DNA of 29,475 nucleotides from a virus (Duplodnaviria; Heunggongvirae; Uroviricota; Caudoviricetes): IMG/VR virus record IMGVR_UViG_2778261167_000005, positions 1 to 29,475 of that record; one strand, 5' to 3'. Shown piece by piece: positions 16,195 to 24,845 of this stretch (position 1 is its first letter; each line of letters starts with the position of its first letter). The notes under the pieces were generated by a model. It saw only the letters and a program-made list of their open reading frames with translations, ran no database searches and was not told where the DNA came from. The position numbers and the translations under genes were made by a program.

Positions 16195-16796
16195 AAAAGT
16201 TACCGCGCCGGAAGTGCGCCAGCAAAGAATGCCGCCAGTGGTTCCATCCTGTGCGTGATACGCAGACCGTCTGCGGTTACGAATGCGCCACTGCCGTCGG
16301 CAAAGAGCAGACCAGAAAAGCCCGGAAGGATGCGCAGCGCAAGGAAGTGAAACGTCAGCGCCAGGAGGCGAAAGAACAGCGGGCGCAGCAGGCCGAACGT
16401 CGCCAGGCGGTGAAGCCACTCAGCCACTTCGTTAAGCAGGCGCAACAGGCATTCAACGAATTCATCCGGTACCGGGATCGGCATCTGCCGTGCATCAGCT
16501 GTGGTCGCCACCATGACGGGCAATATCACGCAGGGCATTACCGCACCACCGGTGCTAACCCAGAGTTGCGCTTCAATGAGGACAACTGCCATCGGCAGTG
16601 CGCCCCCTGTAATAACCATCTCTCCGGCAACCTGATGGCATACCGCCCGGCGCTGATCGCCAAAATCGGCCAGGCGCGCTTTGATGCACTGACTGGCCCC
16701 CACGAATTACCGAAATGGAAACGCGACGACTACATCCGAATCCGCGATGAGTACCGCGCAAAACTCAAAGAACTTAAACAGCAGGAGGCCGCGTGA
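16179..16796 (+). CDS. ninG: NinG/Rap-like recombination endonuclease
   Basis: 205 aa; motifs CISCG...HAGHY...RFNEDNCHRQCAPCNNHLSGN typical of lambda NinG; AGGGAGG RBS. Confidence 0.8.
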   Translation: MPAILKKLPRRKCASKECRQWFHPVRDTQTVCGYECATAVGKEQTRKARKDAQRKEVKRQRQEAKEQRAQQAERRQAVKPLSHFVKQAQQAFNEFIRYRDRHLPCISCGRHHDGQYHAGHYRTTGANPELRFNEDNCHRQCAPCNNHLSGNLMAYRPALIAKIGQARFDALTGPHELPKWKRDDYIRIRDEYRAKLKELKQQEAA

Positions 16797-16969
16797 AAAT
16801 CCCACTCATCGTCGCAATTTCCGTTTTCAGCATTCCTCACTCACTTAAATGCAGTCATTGGCATTACTGGGAAAGACGTTACCTCTTCCTGGATGACAAA
16901 GAATCGCATGGGATCGCGACAGCATATCGCTGGGCTAAAGGGTGGATTCGTCAGAGGGAGGTTCGGTGA
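16793..16969 (+). CDS. Possible small hydrophobic protein (58 aa, GTG start)
   Basis: Hand-translated VKIPLIVAISVFSIPHSLK...; translationally coupled to ninG; not in the ORF track. Confidence 0.3.
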   Translation: MKIPLIVAISVFSIPHSLKCSHWHYWERRYLFLDDKESHGIATAYRWAKGWIRQREVR

Positions 16970-17088
16970 TGACCAGAGAGCAGATAGCTAGATACCAGGC
17001 TGAAAGCGTCGCGAGAGCCAACCTAAAACCAATAGCTAAGCATTGTCAGAACCAGCAGACCAAACACCCAGAGAGGGCCACAGCGTGA
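16969..17088 (+). CDS. Possible tiny ORF (39 aa)
   Basis: Strong AGGGAGG RBS, ATG overlaps the preceding TGA; MTREQIARYQAESVARANLKPIAKHCQNQQTKHPERATA. Confidence 0.3.
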   Translation: MTREQIARYQAESVARANLKPIAKHCQNQQTKHPERATA

Positions 17089-17867
17089 ATCTTGAAAACA
17101 CAGTGAAATACCACTTCGCAAAATCCACACTGATTAGCGATTCTCCGCGCGCTACCGCCTCTGATTCACTGACAGGTACCGACATCATGGCTGCCATGGG
17201 CATGACTCAGGAACGCGCTGCCATGGGGTACAGTGCTTTCCTCGGCAAGATGGGCATAAGCAATAACGACCGGGAGCGGGCGATCGGACTGCTGGCAGAG
17301 TACGCGATGACCAAATGCGACAAGGTTGCCGCGCTGCGCAAGCTGGAAGCCGGAGTTAAGCCACTAGTTATGCACCAGTTGGCCACTTTCGCTTTTGAGG
17401 ACTATTCCCGCAGTGCTGCCAGCGTGAAGCAGTGCGATTGTTGTGGCGGTCAGGGCTTCATTGATGCTGATGTGTTTACCAATAAATTCCGTAAGCCAGA
17501 AGGGAAAATGACCGTGTCCGGGATGGTGAAGGTCAAAGAATCCGTCAAAGTGCTATGCAAAAAGTGTAATGGCTCTGGTGTGGTTAGTGCTTCATGCAGT
17601 GACTGCCATGGACGCGGCAAGGCAGTGAACCAGGCTCTTACTGAGAAACAGGGCATTCCTGTTCTGGCTGACTGTAAGCGCTGCGGAGGGCGTGGGTATG
17701 AACGACTTCCGTCGACTGAAGCCTATGCTGCTGTATGCCAAATTACTGACGCCATCAGTCTGGACACCTGGAAAAAGTCTGTTAAGCCATTCTACGACCA
17801 GTTGATCACGAAATTCGATATCGAAGAGGCTTGGGCAGAAAATCAACTGAAACAAATAACACGATAA
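17085..17867 (+). CDS. Late-gene antiterminator Q-like protein with four CxxCxGxG zinc-finger repeats
   Basis: Lies immediately upstream of the PR'-like promoter, terminator and lysis genes; CDCCGGQG, CKKCNGSG, CSDCHGRG, CKRCGGRG. Start uncertain (GTG 17085 coupled to the upstream stop; the ORF-track start 17043 is TTG). Confidence 0.55.
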   Translation: MNLENTVKYHFAKSTLISDSPRATASDSLTGTDIMAAMGMTQERAAMGYSAFLGKMGISNNDRERAIGLLAEYAMTKCDKVAALRKLEAGVKPLVMHQLATFAFEDYSRSAASVKQCDCCGGQGFIDADVFTNKFRKPEGKMTVSGMVKVKESVKVLCKKCNGSGVVSASCSDCHGRGKAVNQALTEKQGIPVLADCKRCGGRGYERLPSTEAYAAVCQITDAISLDTWKKSVKPFYDQLITKFDIEEAWAENQLKQITR

Positions 17868-17892
17868 TGGCTGTGCAATTTAATTCGAGCTA

Positions 17893-17920
17893 TTTACTTT
17901 TCCCGAATCTGTGTTAATTT
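17893..17920 (+). promoter_or_regulatory. Candidate late promoter PR' (Q-utilisation region)
   Basis: TTTACT (17893..17898), 16-bp spacer, TGtTAATTT extended -10 (17912..17920); directly after the Q-like gene. Confidence 0.4.
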
Positions 17921-17952
17921 TGTCCCAACGATGGGTTAATGCCTTCGTTTCA

Positions 17953-17987
17953 AGCCCTGCGGATAACACCGTGGGGCTTTTGCTTTA
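17953..17987 (+). terminator. Candidate tR' terminator downstream of PR'
   Basis: AGCCCTGCGG / CCGTGGGGCT 10-bp stem with two G-U pairs, loop ATAACA, then TTTTGCTTT. Confidence 0.5.
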
Positions 17988-18060
17988 TAGCGATTTAAGA
18001 ATTTCTAAAACCACTCTGAGACCAGCCCCGTATAATTCCCCCATGCATACAGGAGGGGAT

Positions 18061-18249
18061 ATGGAGAACGGGTTTTACTGGATCCAGTTTAATGGGACCA
18101 CTCAGGTGGCATATTTTACCAATGAGATTTTTGAAGACCTGGAGACAGGCAAAACGATCACTGGAATCTGGCATCTAACCAGAGGCGACGACATCTGCCA
18201 TAACGGGGAAGCTGAGGTTCTCGAAGGACCATTGCAACCACCACAATAA
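18061..18249 (+). CDS. Small hypothetical protein at the start of the late operon
   Basis: 62 aa; AGGAGGGG RBS then ATG 18061; followed by a hairpin plus T-run (about 18262..18290). Confidence 0.45.
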   Translation: MENGFYWIQFNGTTQVAYFTNEIFEDLETGKTITGIWHLTRGDDICHNGEAEVLEGPLQPPQ

Positions 18250-18403
18250 AAGACACCAAACATCCAATCCCTGGCTCTTGCCGGGGATTTTTCATTTCAG
18301 GCTCACGGGAATCATCTGCTACGTGCTTTGTTGATAAATCCAGCCCGTGAAGCCTGACCTTTTCATCACACACAGCGCCATCCGAAAAATCGGAGGTGAG
18401 GCT

Positions 18404-18682
18404 ATGACCAGAATGAGCACCATTTACAGCAGACTTTCATATGGATCAGGAACCACGCTTGCCGGCTGCGGTGTATCAGCGAAGGCATATGCCGAAACAG
18501 CTAAAACAGCAAAAGAGGTGTCCTGGATGTTGGCCGACAGAATTGCAGGGTTAAGCCTGAGCGACTGGGCAATTATTGTCGGTATCACATGCACCGTTAT
18601 TACCTGTGCAGTGAACTGGTATTTCCGCTGGAAAGAACGGGAGGATAGGCGCAATGGCTATGCCACCAAAGCTGAAGAATAA
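18404..18682 (+). CDS. Holin, pinholin-like (phage 21 S21 family resemblance)
   Basis: N-terminus MTRM (two Met separated by a basic residue, like the lambda S dual start); TM segment WAIIVGITCTVITCAVNWYF; C-terminal ...REDRRNG... resembles S21; immediately upstream of a SAR endolysin. Confidence 0.6.
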   Translation: MTRMSTIYSRLSYGSGTTLAGCGVSAKAYAETAKTAKEVSWMLADRIAGLSLSDWAIIVGITCTVITCAVNWYFRWKEREDRRNGYATKAEE

Positions 18683-19199
18683 ACTGAGTGCAACGGTCGT
18701 TGGGTTAATTCTTGCCGGGGCTTCCGCACCCGTGATTCTCGATCAGTTTCTGGATGAGAAAGAGGGTAACAGCACAACAGCGTACAAGGACGGCTCTGGT
18801 ATATGGACCATTTGTCGTGGCGTCACGATGGTTGACGGCAAGCCAGTAGTTCAGGGCATGAAGCTGTCTGCTGAGAAATGTTCCAAGGTGAACGCCATAG
18901 AACGCGACAAGGCTCTGGCATGGGTTGAGCGAAACATCAAGGTGCCACTGACCGAACCACAGAAAGCTGGGATCGCATCTTTCTGCCCTTATAACATCGG
19001 CCCCGGAAAATGTTTCCCGTCTACGTTCTATAAGCGAATAAATGCTGGCGACCGTAAAGGAGCCTGTGAAGCGATCCGCTGGTGGATTAAAGACGGTGGC
19101 CGTGACTGTCGTCTGACCAAAGGGCAGAAGAATGGTTGTTATGGGCAGGTAGAGCGACGGGACCAGGAAAGCGCGATGACGTGCTGGGGGTTGGATTAA
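18654..19199 (+). CDS. SAR endolysin (T4-lysozyme-like, GH24) with N-terminal signal-anchor-release domain
   Basis: Hydrophobic Gly/Ala-rich N-terminus LSATVVGLILAGASAPVIL; catalytic E-x8-D-x5-T (EGNSTTAYKDGSGIWT). Confidence 0.8.
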   Translation: MAMPPKLKNKLSATVVGLILAGASAPVILDQFLDEKEGNSTTAYKDGSGIWTICRGVTMVDGKPVVQGMKLSAEKCSKVNAIERDKALAWVERNIKVPLTEPQKAGIASFCPYNIGPGKCFPSTFYKRINAGDRKGACEAIRWWIKDGGRDCRLTKGQKNGCYGQVERRDQESAMTCWGLD

Positions 19200-19651
19200 T
19201 GACCTTCAAAGCGTGGTTGATACTCGCCATTGAGATTCTTTTGTCGTTGCTGGTTATCTTCATCCTCTACGGACAGGTCAGTAAAGAGGCGAAGCGCGCC
19301 GATGATGCCGAGTCACTGGCTAAGCGGCAGCAGGAAACAATTGACGATATGACAGTGCGTCAGCGTGATGTTGTCGCACTAGATGTTAAATACAGCGGAG
19401 AACTGGCATATGCCAAAGCCACTATCGATCAGCTTGAGCGCGATGTTGCTACTGGCAAGCGTCGGCTGCAGCTCAACGCCAAGTGCGCCACGAACGGAGC
19501 GACCAGCACCTCCGGCTTGGATGATGCTGCCAGCCCCCGACTTACTGACGCCGCTGAACGGGATTATTTCACCCTCAGAGAGCGAATCGAAACCAGCGGG
19601 AGAATGATTGCCGGGTTGCAGAACTACATTCGTAAGATTTGTGTTAGATAA
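19199..19651 (+). CDS. Spanin inner-membrane subunit Rz (i-spanin)
   Basis: N-terminal TM, coiled-coil periplasmic domain; start overlaps the endolysin stop; contains an embedded +1-frame Rz1. Confidence 0.75.
   Translation: MTFKAWLILAIEILLSLLVIFILYGQVSKEAKRADDAESLAKRQQETIDDMTVRQRDVVALDVKYSGELAYAKATIDQLERDVATGKRRLQLNAKCATNGATSTSGLDDAASPRLTDAAERDYFTLRERIETSGRMIAGLQNYIRKICVR
19410..19607 (+). CDS. Spanin outer-membrane lipoprotein Rz1 (o-spanin), embedded within Rz
   Basis: Signal peptide with lipobox-like SVGC, proline-rich mature part; PPAWMMLPAPDLLTPLNGIISPSE closely resembles lambda Rz1. Confidence 0.75.
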   Translation: MPKPLSISLSAMLLLASVGCSSTPSAPRTERPAPPAWMMLPAPDLLTPLNGIISPSESESKPAGE

Positions 19652-19664
19652 ATTATATCCAATA

Positions 19665-19684
19665 AGCCCAAGTGAATGGGCTTA
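19665..19684. terminator. Hairpin between Rz (plus) and the convergent moron gene (minus)
   Basis: AAGCCCA/TGGGCTT 7-bp perfect stem, 6-nt loop; weak flanking T-run. Confidence 0.35.
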
Positions 19685-19689
19685 AGTGT

Positions 19690-20100
19690 TTAAACGCATT
19701 CCACTTGACCTGGAATAGAGCAATTTGGAGTTATGTCATGAGTAGTCATTCCCCACTTGTTAGGATCTGAGTTATTCCTAAAATGCAATTGGAGTTTGAA
19801 ATTCTGATCGTTACATTGGGTCTCAAGTATGAGTTGATACTTACCTTGATCAAAGCAAGTGTCGCAGTCACTGAAGCAGTTTTGTTTAATTTGAGGCATG
19901 GGGAAAAATTCCCCCCAATTACCAGAACTTCCTGTCATTTTGGCTTTAATAAGTGTATATCCAGCTGTTCGCAATCTCAGGAAAACACCGTAACGGTTTG
20001 TTAAAGCAGAAGTGACATTGGGTGAGCTTAGTGAGATTTCTTCTTCTGTAGAATCATAAAGTTGCATCTCTTGATTTGAAGATCTAATTAGATTTTCCAT
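19690..20100 (-). CDS. Uncharacterized Cys-containing protein in the low-GC moron (136 aa)
   Basis: Start taken at ATG 20100 with GGAG RBS (alternative ATG 20202); AT-rich; opposite strand to the lysis and packaging genes. Confidence 0.5.
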   Translation of the reverse strand: MENLIRSSNQEMQLYDSTEEEISLSSPNVTSALTNRYGVFLRLRTAGYTLIKAKMTGSSGNWGEFFPMPQIKQNCFSDCDTCFDQGKYQLILETQCNDQNFKLQLHFRNNSDPNKWGMTTHDITPNCSIPGQVECV

Positions 20101-20238
20101 TTGTTTCTCCAACTCGATGAAAAAACGGGACCCATTACACAAATTTATGTATAGGTTCCCTCTTGGGCAACACAGATGATAGGTTCGCTTACTTCTTACC
20201 ATAGGTCATCAATGAAATTATTTTAATAGGAAAGAAGC

Positions 20239-20343
20239 ATGAGCAAACCGGACTGGGACGAGCTACAGCAACGGTTCCTGTCAAATTGTCAAGATGTACT
20301 ACTAGTGCCAGAGCGAATCGGAGCGGTCATGCCAAAAAGTTAG
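20239..20343 (+). pseudogene. Truncated duplicate of the terS 5' end (34-aa remnant)
   Basis: ATGAGCAAaCCGGACTGGGAcG at 20239..20260 matches the terS start at 21289..21310 with 2 mismatches; the frame ends after 34 codons in unrelated sequence. Confidence 0.5.
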
Positions 20344-20415
20344 TTTTGAAGGGTTTGATTATTGATGTGGTGGACATATATACAGGTTGTGGTATGTCGC
20401 CACTCATTTAGGGTA

Positions 20416-20649
20416 ATGACCATGAATCAGGCTATCGAGCAAGTAATTTATAATGCCATGAGAAGAAATGAAATCGGAGCTGGCGTTGGTTCTTCTGCTA
20501 CAGCTAATGAAATCATTAAAGGGATAAAACCCTATTATCAAGCAGCGAGTCAGACGGAGAGGCAGGCTATCATCGAAAGGCTAAACAAACTAAAAGTAGA
20601 GCCTGGTGTCCCGATCCCATCTAATATCGAACAGCTATTAAGTAATTGA
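20416..20649 (+). CDS. Small hypothetical protein in the moron island
   Basis: About 77 aa (ATG 20416 or 20422); followed by an intrinsic terminator. Confidence 0.45.
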   Translation: MTMNQAIEQVIYNAMRRNEIGAGVGSSATANEIIKGIKPYYQAASQTERQAIIERLNKLKVEPGVPIPSNIEQLLSN

Positions 20650-20655
20650 TAACAA

Positions 20656-20682
20656 GCCGCCTACGGGCGGTTTTTTATTGCC
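20656..20682 (+). terminator. Intrinsic terminator
   Basis: GCCGCC-TAC-GGGCGG stem then TTTTTTATT. Confidence 0.65.
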
Positions 20683-20736
20683 ATCACCATGGGCAGAACT
20701 ATCGTAATGGCAATATTGAGCATCGTTACTAACTTT

Positions 20737-21165
20737 TCATTGTTGCTGTGTATCTATAATCTCAGACGTGCTCTTATCGATTTCTTGTAAAATATGCTCA
20801 ACCTGGTTATTGAACCCCTTGAATTTAATGACACGCTTAGTGATTTTTCTTCCCTCACCATTGAGTCCAAGTGACACTTTCTCAGTTGAAGCTTTTGCGC
20901 CTAATTCAGCCGATGCGGAGCCATCATAGAACTCTTCAATTTCAACTTCTTCAGCCGCGAGAATTCTTCTTGCTATAGCGAGTTCTTGTTGGACTTTTGC
21001 CTGAGATTGAAAAACTAACGACTGAAGTTCCGCCTTTTGGGCTTCATCAGATAGTTGGGCTGAAGTCTGTGCGCTATCAGTCGATTTTTTACTAAAGGCT
21101 TCAATAGCCTTTCGTGCCGCTAATTCAATAACTAAACCGGTAGCTCCGCCATAAAGTCCTAACAT
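20737..21165 (-). CDS. Uncharacterized protein with N-terminal hydrophobic segment and coiled-coil region (142 aa)
   Basis: Start taken at ATG 21165 (the ORF-track start 21207 is TTG); low GC; opposite strand. Confidence 0.45.
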   Translation of the reverse strand: MLGLYGGATGLVIELAARKAIEAFSKKSTDSAQTSAQLSDEAQKAELQSLVFQSQAKVQQELAIARRILAAEEVEIEEFYDGSASAELGAKASTEKVSLGLNGEGRKITKRVIKFKGFNNQVEHILQEIDKSTSEIIDTQQQ

Positions 21166-21288
21166 CAGTTTTACCCTGTAGAGTGTGGTTGATTGAGGTA
21201 TCGGCAAAGTAATTAGATAACTTAACTTTAATCGAATGATTTTTTCACTTTATTTTCAGTCGTCACAATCTCTAAAAAGGAATGTCTA

Positions 21289-21891
21289 ATGAGCAAGCCG
21301 GACTGGGAGGCTATCGAATCGGCTTACCGGGCCGGAGTGATGTCCCTCCGTGAGATTGCATCGCAGAACGGCATCAGCGAAGGCGCTATCCGTAAGCGTG
21401 CCAAGCGTGATGACTGGTCGCGTGACCTGAATGCGAAGGTGAAAGAGCGCGCTGACGATCTGGTACGCAAAGCTGAGGTACGCAAACAGGTACGCAGTGA
21501 AGTCACTTTTAACGAACGCGTACTCATCGAAGCGACGGCTGAGGTAATCGCCAATGTCCGCATGGAGCATCGCGGCGACATTAAGCGAGCCAGGCAGATA
21601 ACCAATGCCCTGTTTGATGAGTTGGGGGCAGAGTGCGCAGACGTGGCCGCACTGGAGAAGCTTGGAGAGTTGATGTTCGACCCTGACGACAAAGGTCAGG
21701 ACAAGCTCAATGAGATTTACCACAAGGTCATCAGCATGCCGGAGCGCGTTAAGTCGGTTAAGGCACTGAGCGACGCGCTGAAGAATCTGATTGGGCTTGA
21801 GCGCCAGGCCTACGACATCGACGGGCCGGAAGGCGACAACTCTGTTAAGCAACTTTCTGATCTGATGGATTCACTGTCTCAGGGGGCGTAA
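21289..21891 (+). CDS. terS: Terminase small subunit (HTH-containing)
   Basis: 200 aa with N-terminal HTH (MSLREIASQNGISEGAIRKRAKR), directly upstream of and overlapping the large terminase start (TAATG). Confidence 0.7.
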   Translation: MSKPDWEAIESAYRAGVMSLREIASQNGISEGAIRKRAKRDDWSRDLNAKVKERADDLVRKAEVRKQVRSEVTFNERVLIEATAEVIANVRMEHRGDIKRARQITNALFDELGAECADVAALEKLGELMFDPDDKGQDKLNEIYHKVISMPERVKSVKALSDALKNLIGLERQAYDIDGPEGDNSVKQLSDLMDSLSQGA

Positions 21892-23363
21892 TGAAACCTG
21901 AGCACATCAAGCTGTTGTCCGACAAAGACTGGCGGCTGAATAATCTTTACTGGATCACCGACAAAGAGGGAAAGCCTACGCGCTTCAGGATGACGCCTGA
22001 GCAGCGGGAATACTTCGAGGGGATCCACACCCGCAACATCATCCTGAAAGCTCGCCAACTCGGTTTCACAACTGAGGTGTGCATCATCCAGCTCGACGCG
22101 GCACTGTTCGAGTCGGCGAAGTGCGCCCTGATTGCCCACACGCTGAATGACGCAAAGCGCCTGTTCCGAGAAAAGGTTAAGTACGCATACGACAAGCTGC
22201 CGGCAGAGATAAAGGCTGCCAACCCGGCGAGCAATGATTCGTCTGGTGAGCTCGTCTTTAAGAAGGGCGGCTCGCTATACGTCAGCACGTCGTTTCGTGG
22301 TGGCACGCTGCGCTACCTGCACGTTTCCGAGTTCGGGAAGATATGCGGCAAGTATCCAGACAAAGCCCGTGAGATCGTCACTGGTGCGTTTGAGGCGGTA
22401 TCGACTGGATGCTTCGCTACAATCGAGAGCACGGCAGAGGGCCGGGCGGGTTACTTCTTCGATTACTGCCAGACGGCAGAGAAGGCGTTGCTCCAGGGTA
22501 AGCCACTTTCAGCGCTGGACTGGAAGTTTTTCTTCTTCTCCTGGTGGAAGAACCCGCAGTACGCAATCGACCCGATCGAATCGTTGCCGGTGCGCCTGCT
22601 TGAGTACTTCGCTGAAATGGAAGCGAAGCACGGCGTGGTAGTCAATGAACGCCAGAAGGCCTGGTATTACGCCAAAGAGAAAACGCTCGGCGATGACATG
22701 AAGCGCGAATACCCGACCATTCCGGCCGAGGCGTTCCAGCAGTCTGTTGAGGGCGCGTACTACGCCAAACAGTTACGCTGGCTCTACACCAACAAGCGGA
22801 TCGGCCAAATTCCGGATAACTCGCACCTCCCGGTGCACACGTTCTGGGATATCGGTGTGGGTGATTCCACGGCTATCTGGTTCGTTCGTGAGGTCGGCGA
22901 AGAGTTCCACATCATCGACTACTACGAAAACTCTGGCGAGGGGCTGAGGCACTACATGAAGGTGCTGAAAGACCGCGGCTATGAGTACGGCGAGCACTGG
23001 GGGCCGCACGACATCGAAAACCGCGAGTTCGCTGCTGATGCGAAGTCACGCAAAGAACTGGCGCGCGAAGGTTACGAAATCGATGGTCAGATGTACTCAC
23101 TGAATTTCAAAGTGGTGCCGAAAGCCGGCATCGATACCGGCATTGAGTCGGCCCGTGAAATCCTCCCGCGCTGTGTATTTGACGAGGAAAAATGCTCTGA
23201 GGGTATATCCCACCTTGAGGGTTACCGGAAAGAGTGGGACGACAAGCGCGGCTGCTGGAAAGACAAACCTCTCCATGACGCCACCTCACACGGTGCTGAC
23301 AGCTTCCGTTACTTCGCAGTGACGAAGAACAACCGTAAGCAGGTCGGCACAGTATTCTTCTAA
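21891..23363 (+). CDS. terL: Terminase large subunit (ATPase/nuclease)
   Basis: 490 aa; position between terS and portal. Confidence 0.75.
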   Translation: MKPEHIKLLSDKDWRLNNLYWITDKEGKPTRFRMTPEQREYFEGIHTRNIILKARQLGFTTEVCIIQLDAALFESAKCALIAHTLNDAKRLFREKVKYAYDKLPAEIKAANPASNDSSGELVFKKGGSLYVSTSFRGGTLRYLHVSEFGKICGKYPDKAREIVTGAFEAVSTGCFATIESTAEGRAGYFFDYCQTAEKALLQGKPLSALDWKFFFFSWWKNPQYAIDPIESLPVRLLEYFAEMEAKHGVVVNERQKAWYYAKEKTLGDDMKREYPTIPAEAFQQSVEGAYYAKQLRWLYTNKRIGQIPDNSHLPVHTFWDIGVGDSTAIWFVREVGEEFHIIDYYENSGEGLRHYMKVLKDRGYEYGEHWGPHDIENREFAADAKSRKELAREGYEIDGQMYSLNFKVVPKAGIDTGIESAREILPRCVFDEEKCSEGISHLEGYRKEWDDKRGCWKDKPLHDATSHGADSFRYFAVTKNNRKQVGTVFF

Positions 23364-23375
23364 GGAGCATCGCCA

Positions 23376-24845
23376 GTGAGCGAACAAGATAACGGCCTTC
23401 AACTGGCTGTGAACAACCTCGCCACTGAAATGAGGCGAGCTAATTACCTGAATGCCATCGGCATCGGTGGCGGGAACACGAAGCGCCCGACCCTTTACCA
23501 GGAATTCGGCTACCCGCGCGAGATTACCTTCAACGACTTCTACAACATGTACCGCCGCAACGCCGCTGGCTTCGCTGTGGTGCATCGCCTGCTGGATGGT
23601 TGCTGGCAGGACTATCCGGTCATAGTTGACGGTGATGAAGCACAGGAAGCGGAGAAAACAAACGCCTGGGAAAAGAAAGTCACCAAGTTCATGAAGAAGC
23701 TGTGGCCGAAGGTGAAGGATGCCGATCGGCGCAATATGGTTGGACGCTACTCCGCGCTGCTGCTGCAGGTGAAAGATAATAAGTCGTGGAACGAGCCAGT
23801 AGATATCAAGCTGGTGAAATCCCTTGGCGAGTCAGCGCTGGTAAAACTTATCCCGGTATGGGAGCCGCAGTTAACTGTCGCAGAATGGGATAACGACCGT
23901 CAGTCAGAAACGTTCGGCCAGCCGAAGATGTTCAACTTCAACGAGCAGCCGGTTGGTGATGAGCCTTTTGTCGGTCCGATGCGCGGAGAACCGGTACATC
24001 CGAGCCGCGTTATCCTGTTCTGCGAAGGATCTGAAGACGACAACGTGCTGTCCGGCATTCCGCTGCTGGAGGCTGGTTTCAACAAAGGCCTCGATATAGA
24101 GAAGATTTCCGGCGGTGGCGCTGAAGGCTTCCTTAAGAACGCCAGTCGCCAGATCGCCGTCGAGTTCAGCAAAGAAACCGACATGACCACGCTGGCAGAA
24201 CAGGCTAAGAAGGCTGGCTATGCCGATCTCGGCGAAGCGATGGGCGACAAGGTCAACAAGCTTAACCGCGGTACCGATGCGGCCGCCGTGATGCAGGCCG
24301 GGCAGATGCACGTTCTGAGCGTTACGCCCGGCGACCCGGGGCCGACGTGGGAAGTCACCGCGAACGAACTGGCCGCCTCCGTGCAAATCCCGTTCACCAT
24401 CCTGTTTGGTCAGCAGACCGGGCGACTGGCGAGCGACGAGGATAAAACAGACTGGGCAATTCGTAGAAACACACGGCGTAATGGCTTCCTGACAGATCGC
24501 ATTACCGCGCTGCTGGAACGCTTCTGGACTCTTGGGATTATCGACCCACCGACCAAAGGCGAGGTCACCATCTCATGGAGCGACCTGCTGGCCCCTGGCG
24601 AGAAGGAGAAGATCGAGAACGCCTCGAAACTGGCCGACATCGTACAGAAAACATCTGGCTTCTATGGTGGAGAACCTCCATTTACTGCCAATGAGCTGCG
24701 CGAAATTGTTGGTCTCGACCCGCTGCCGGAGCCAAAAGAACCACCAAAACCTGACGATAAGGTGACAACTGATGATCCACTGGCCGATGACACCAGAACA
24801 GACGGCAAAGGTGGGCCTGCCGATAGTTCCGCGCAGCAAGGTTGA
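23376..24845 (+). CDS. Portal protein
   Basis: 489 aa, GTG start with AAGGAG RBS; position immediately after terL; acidic C-terminus. Confidence 0.65.
   Translation: MSEQDNGLQLAVNNLATEMRRANYLNAIGIGGGNTKRPTLYQEFGYPREITFNDFYNMYRRNAAGFAVVHRLLDGCWQDYPVIVDGDEAQEAEKTNAWEKKVTKFMKKLWPKVKDADRRNMVGRYSALLLQVKDNKSWNEPVDIKLVKSLGESALVKLIPVWEPQLTVAEWDNDRQSETFGQPKMFNFNEQPVGDEPFVGPMRGEPVHPSRVILFCEGSEDDNVLSGIPLLEAGFNKGLDIEKISGGGAEGFLKNASRQIAVEFSKETDMTTLAEQAKKAGYADLGEAMGDKVNKLNRGTDAAAVMQAGQMHVLSVTPGDPGPTWEVTANELAASVQIPFTILFGQQTGRLASDEDKTDWAIRRNTRRNGFLTDRITALLERFWTLGIIDPPTKGEVTISWSDLLAPGEKEKIENASKLADIVQKTSGFYGGEPPFTANELREIVGLDPLPEPKEPPKPDDKVTTDDPLADDTRTDGKGGPADSSAQQG

Noticed and set aside
17043-17084. ORF-track start of the Q-like gene at 17043
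   Set aside because: The codon is TTG with no RBS; GTG 17085 is translationally coupled to the upstream small ORF. The true start remains uncertain.
21947-23370. Arg-rich ORFs on either strand within terL (for example 22234..22641, 22912..23100, 23107..23370)
   Set aside because: Out-of-frame or antisense products of GC-rich coding sequence; no independent support.
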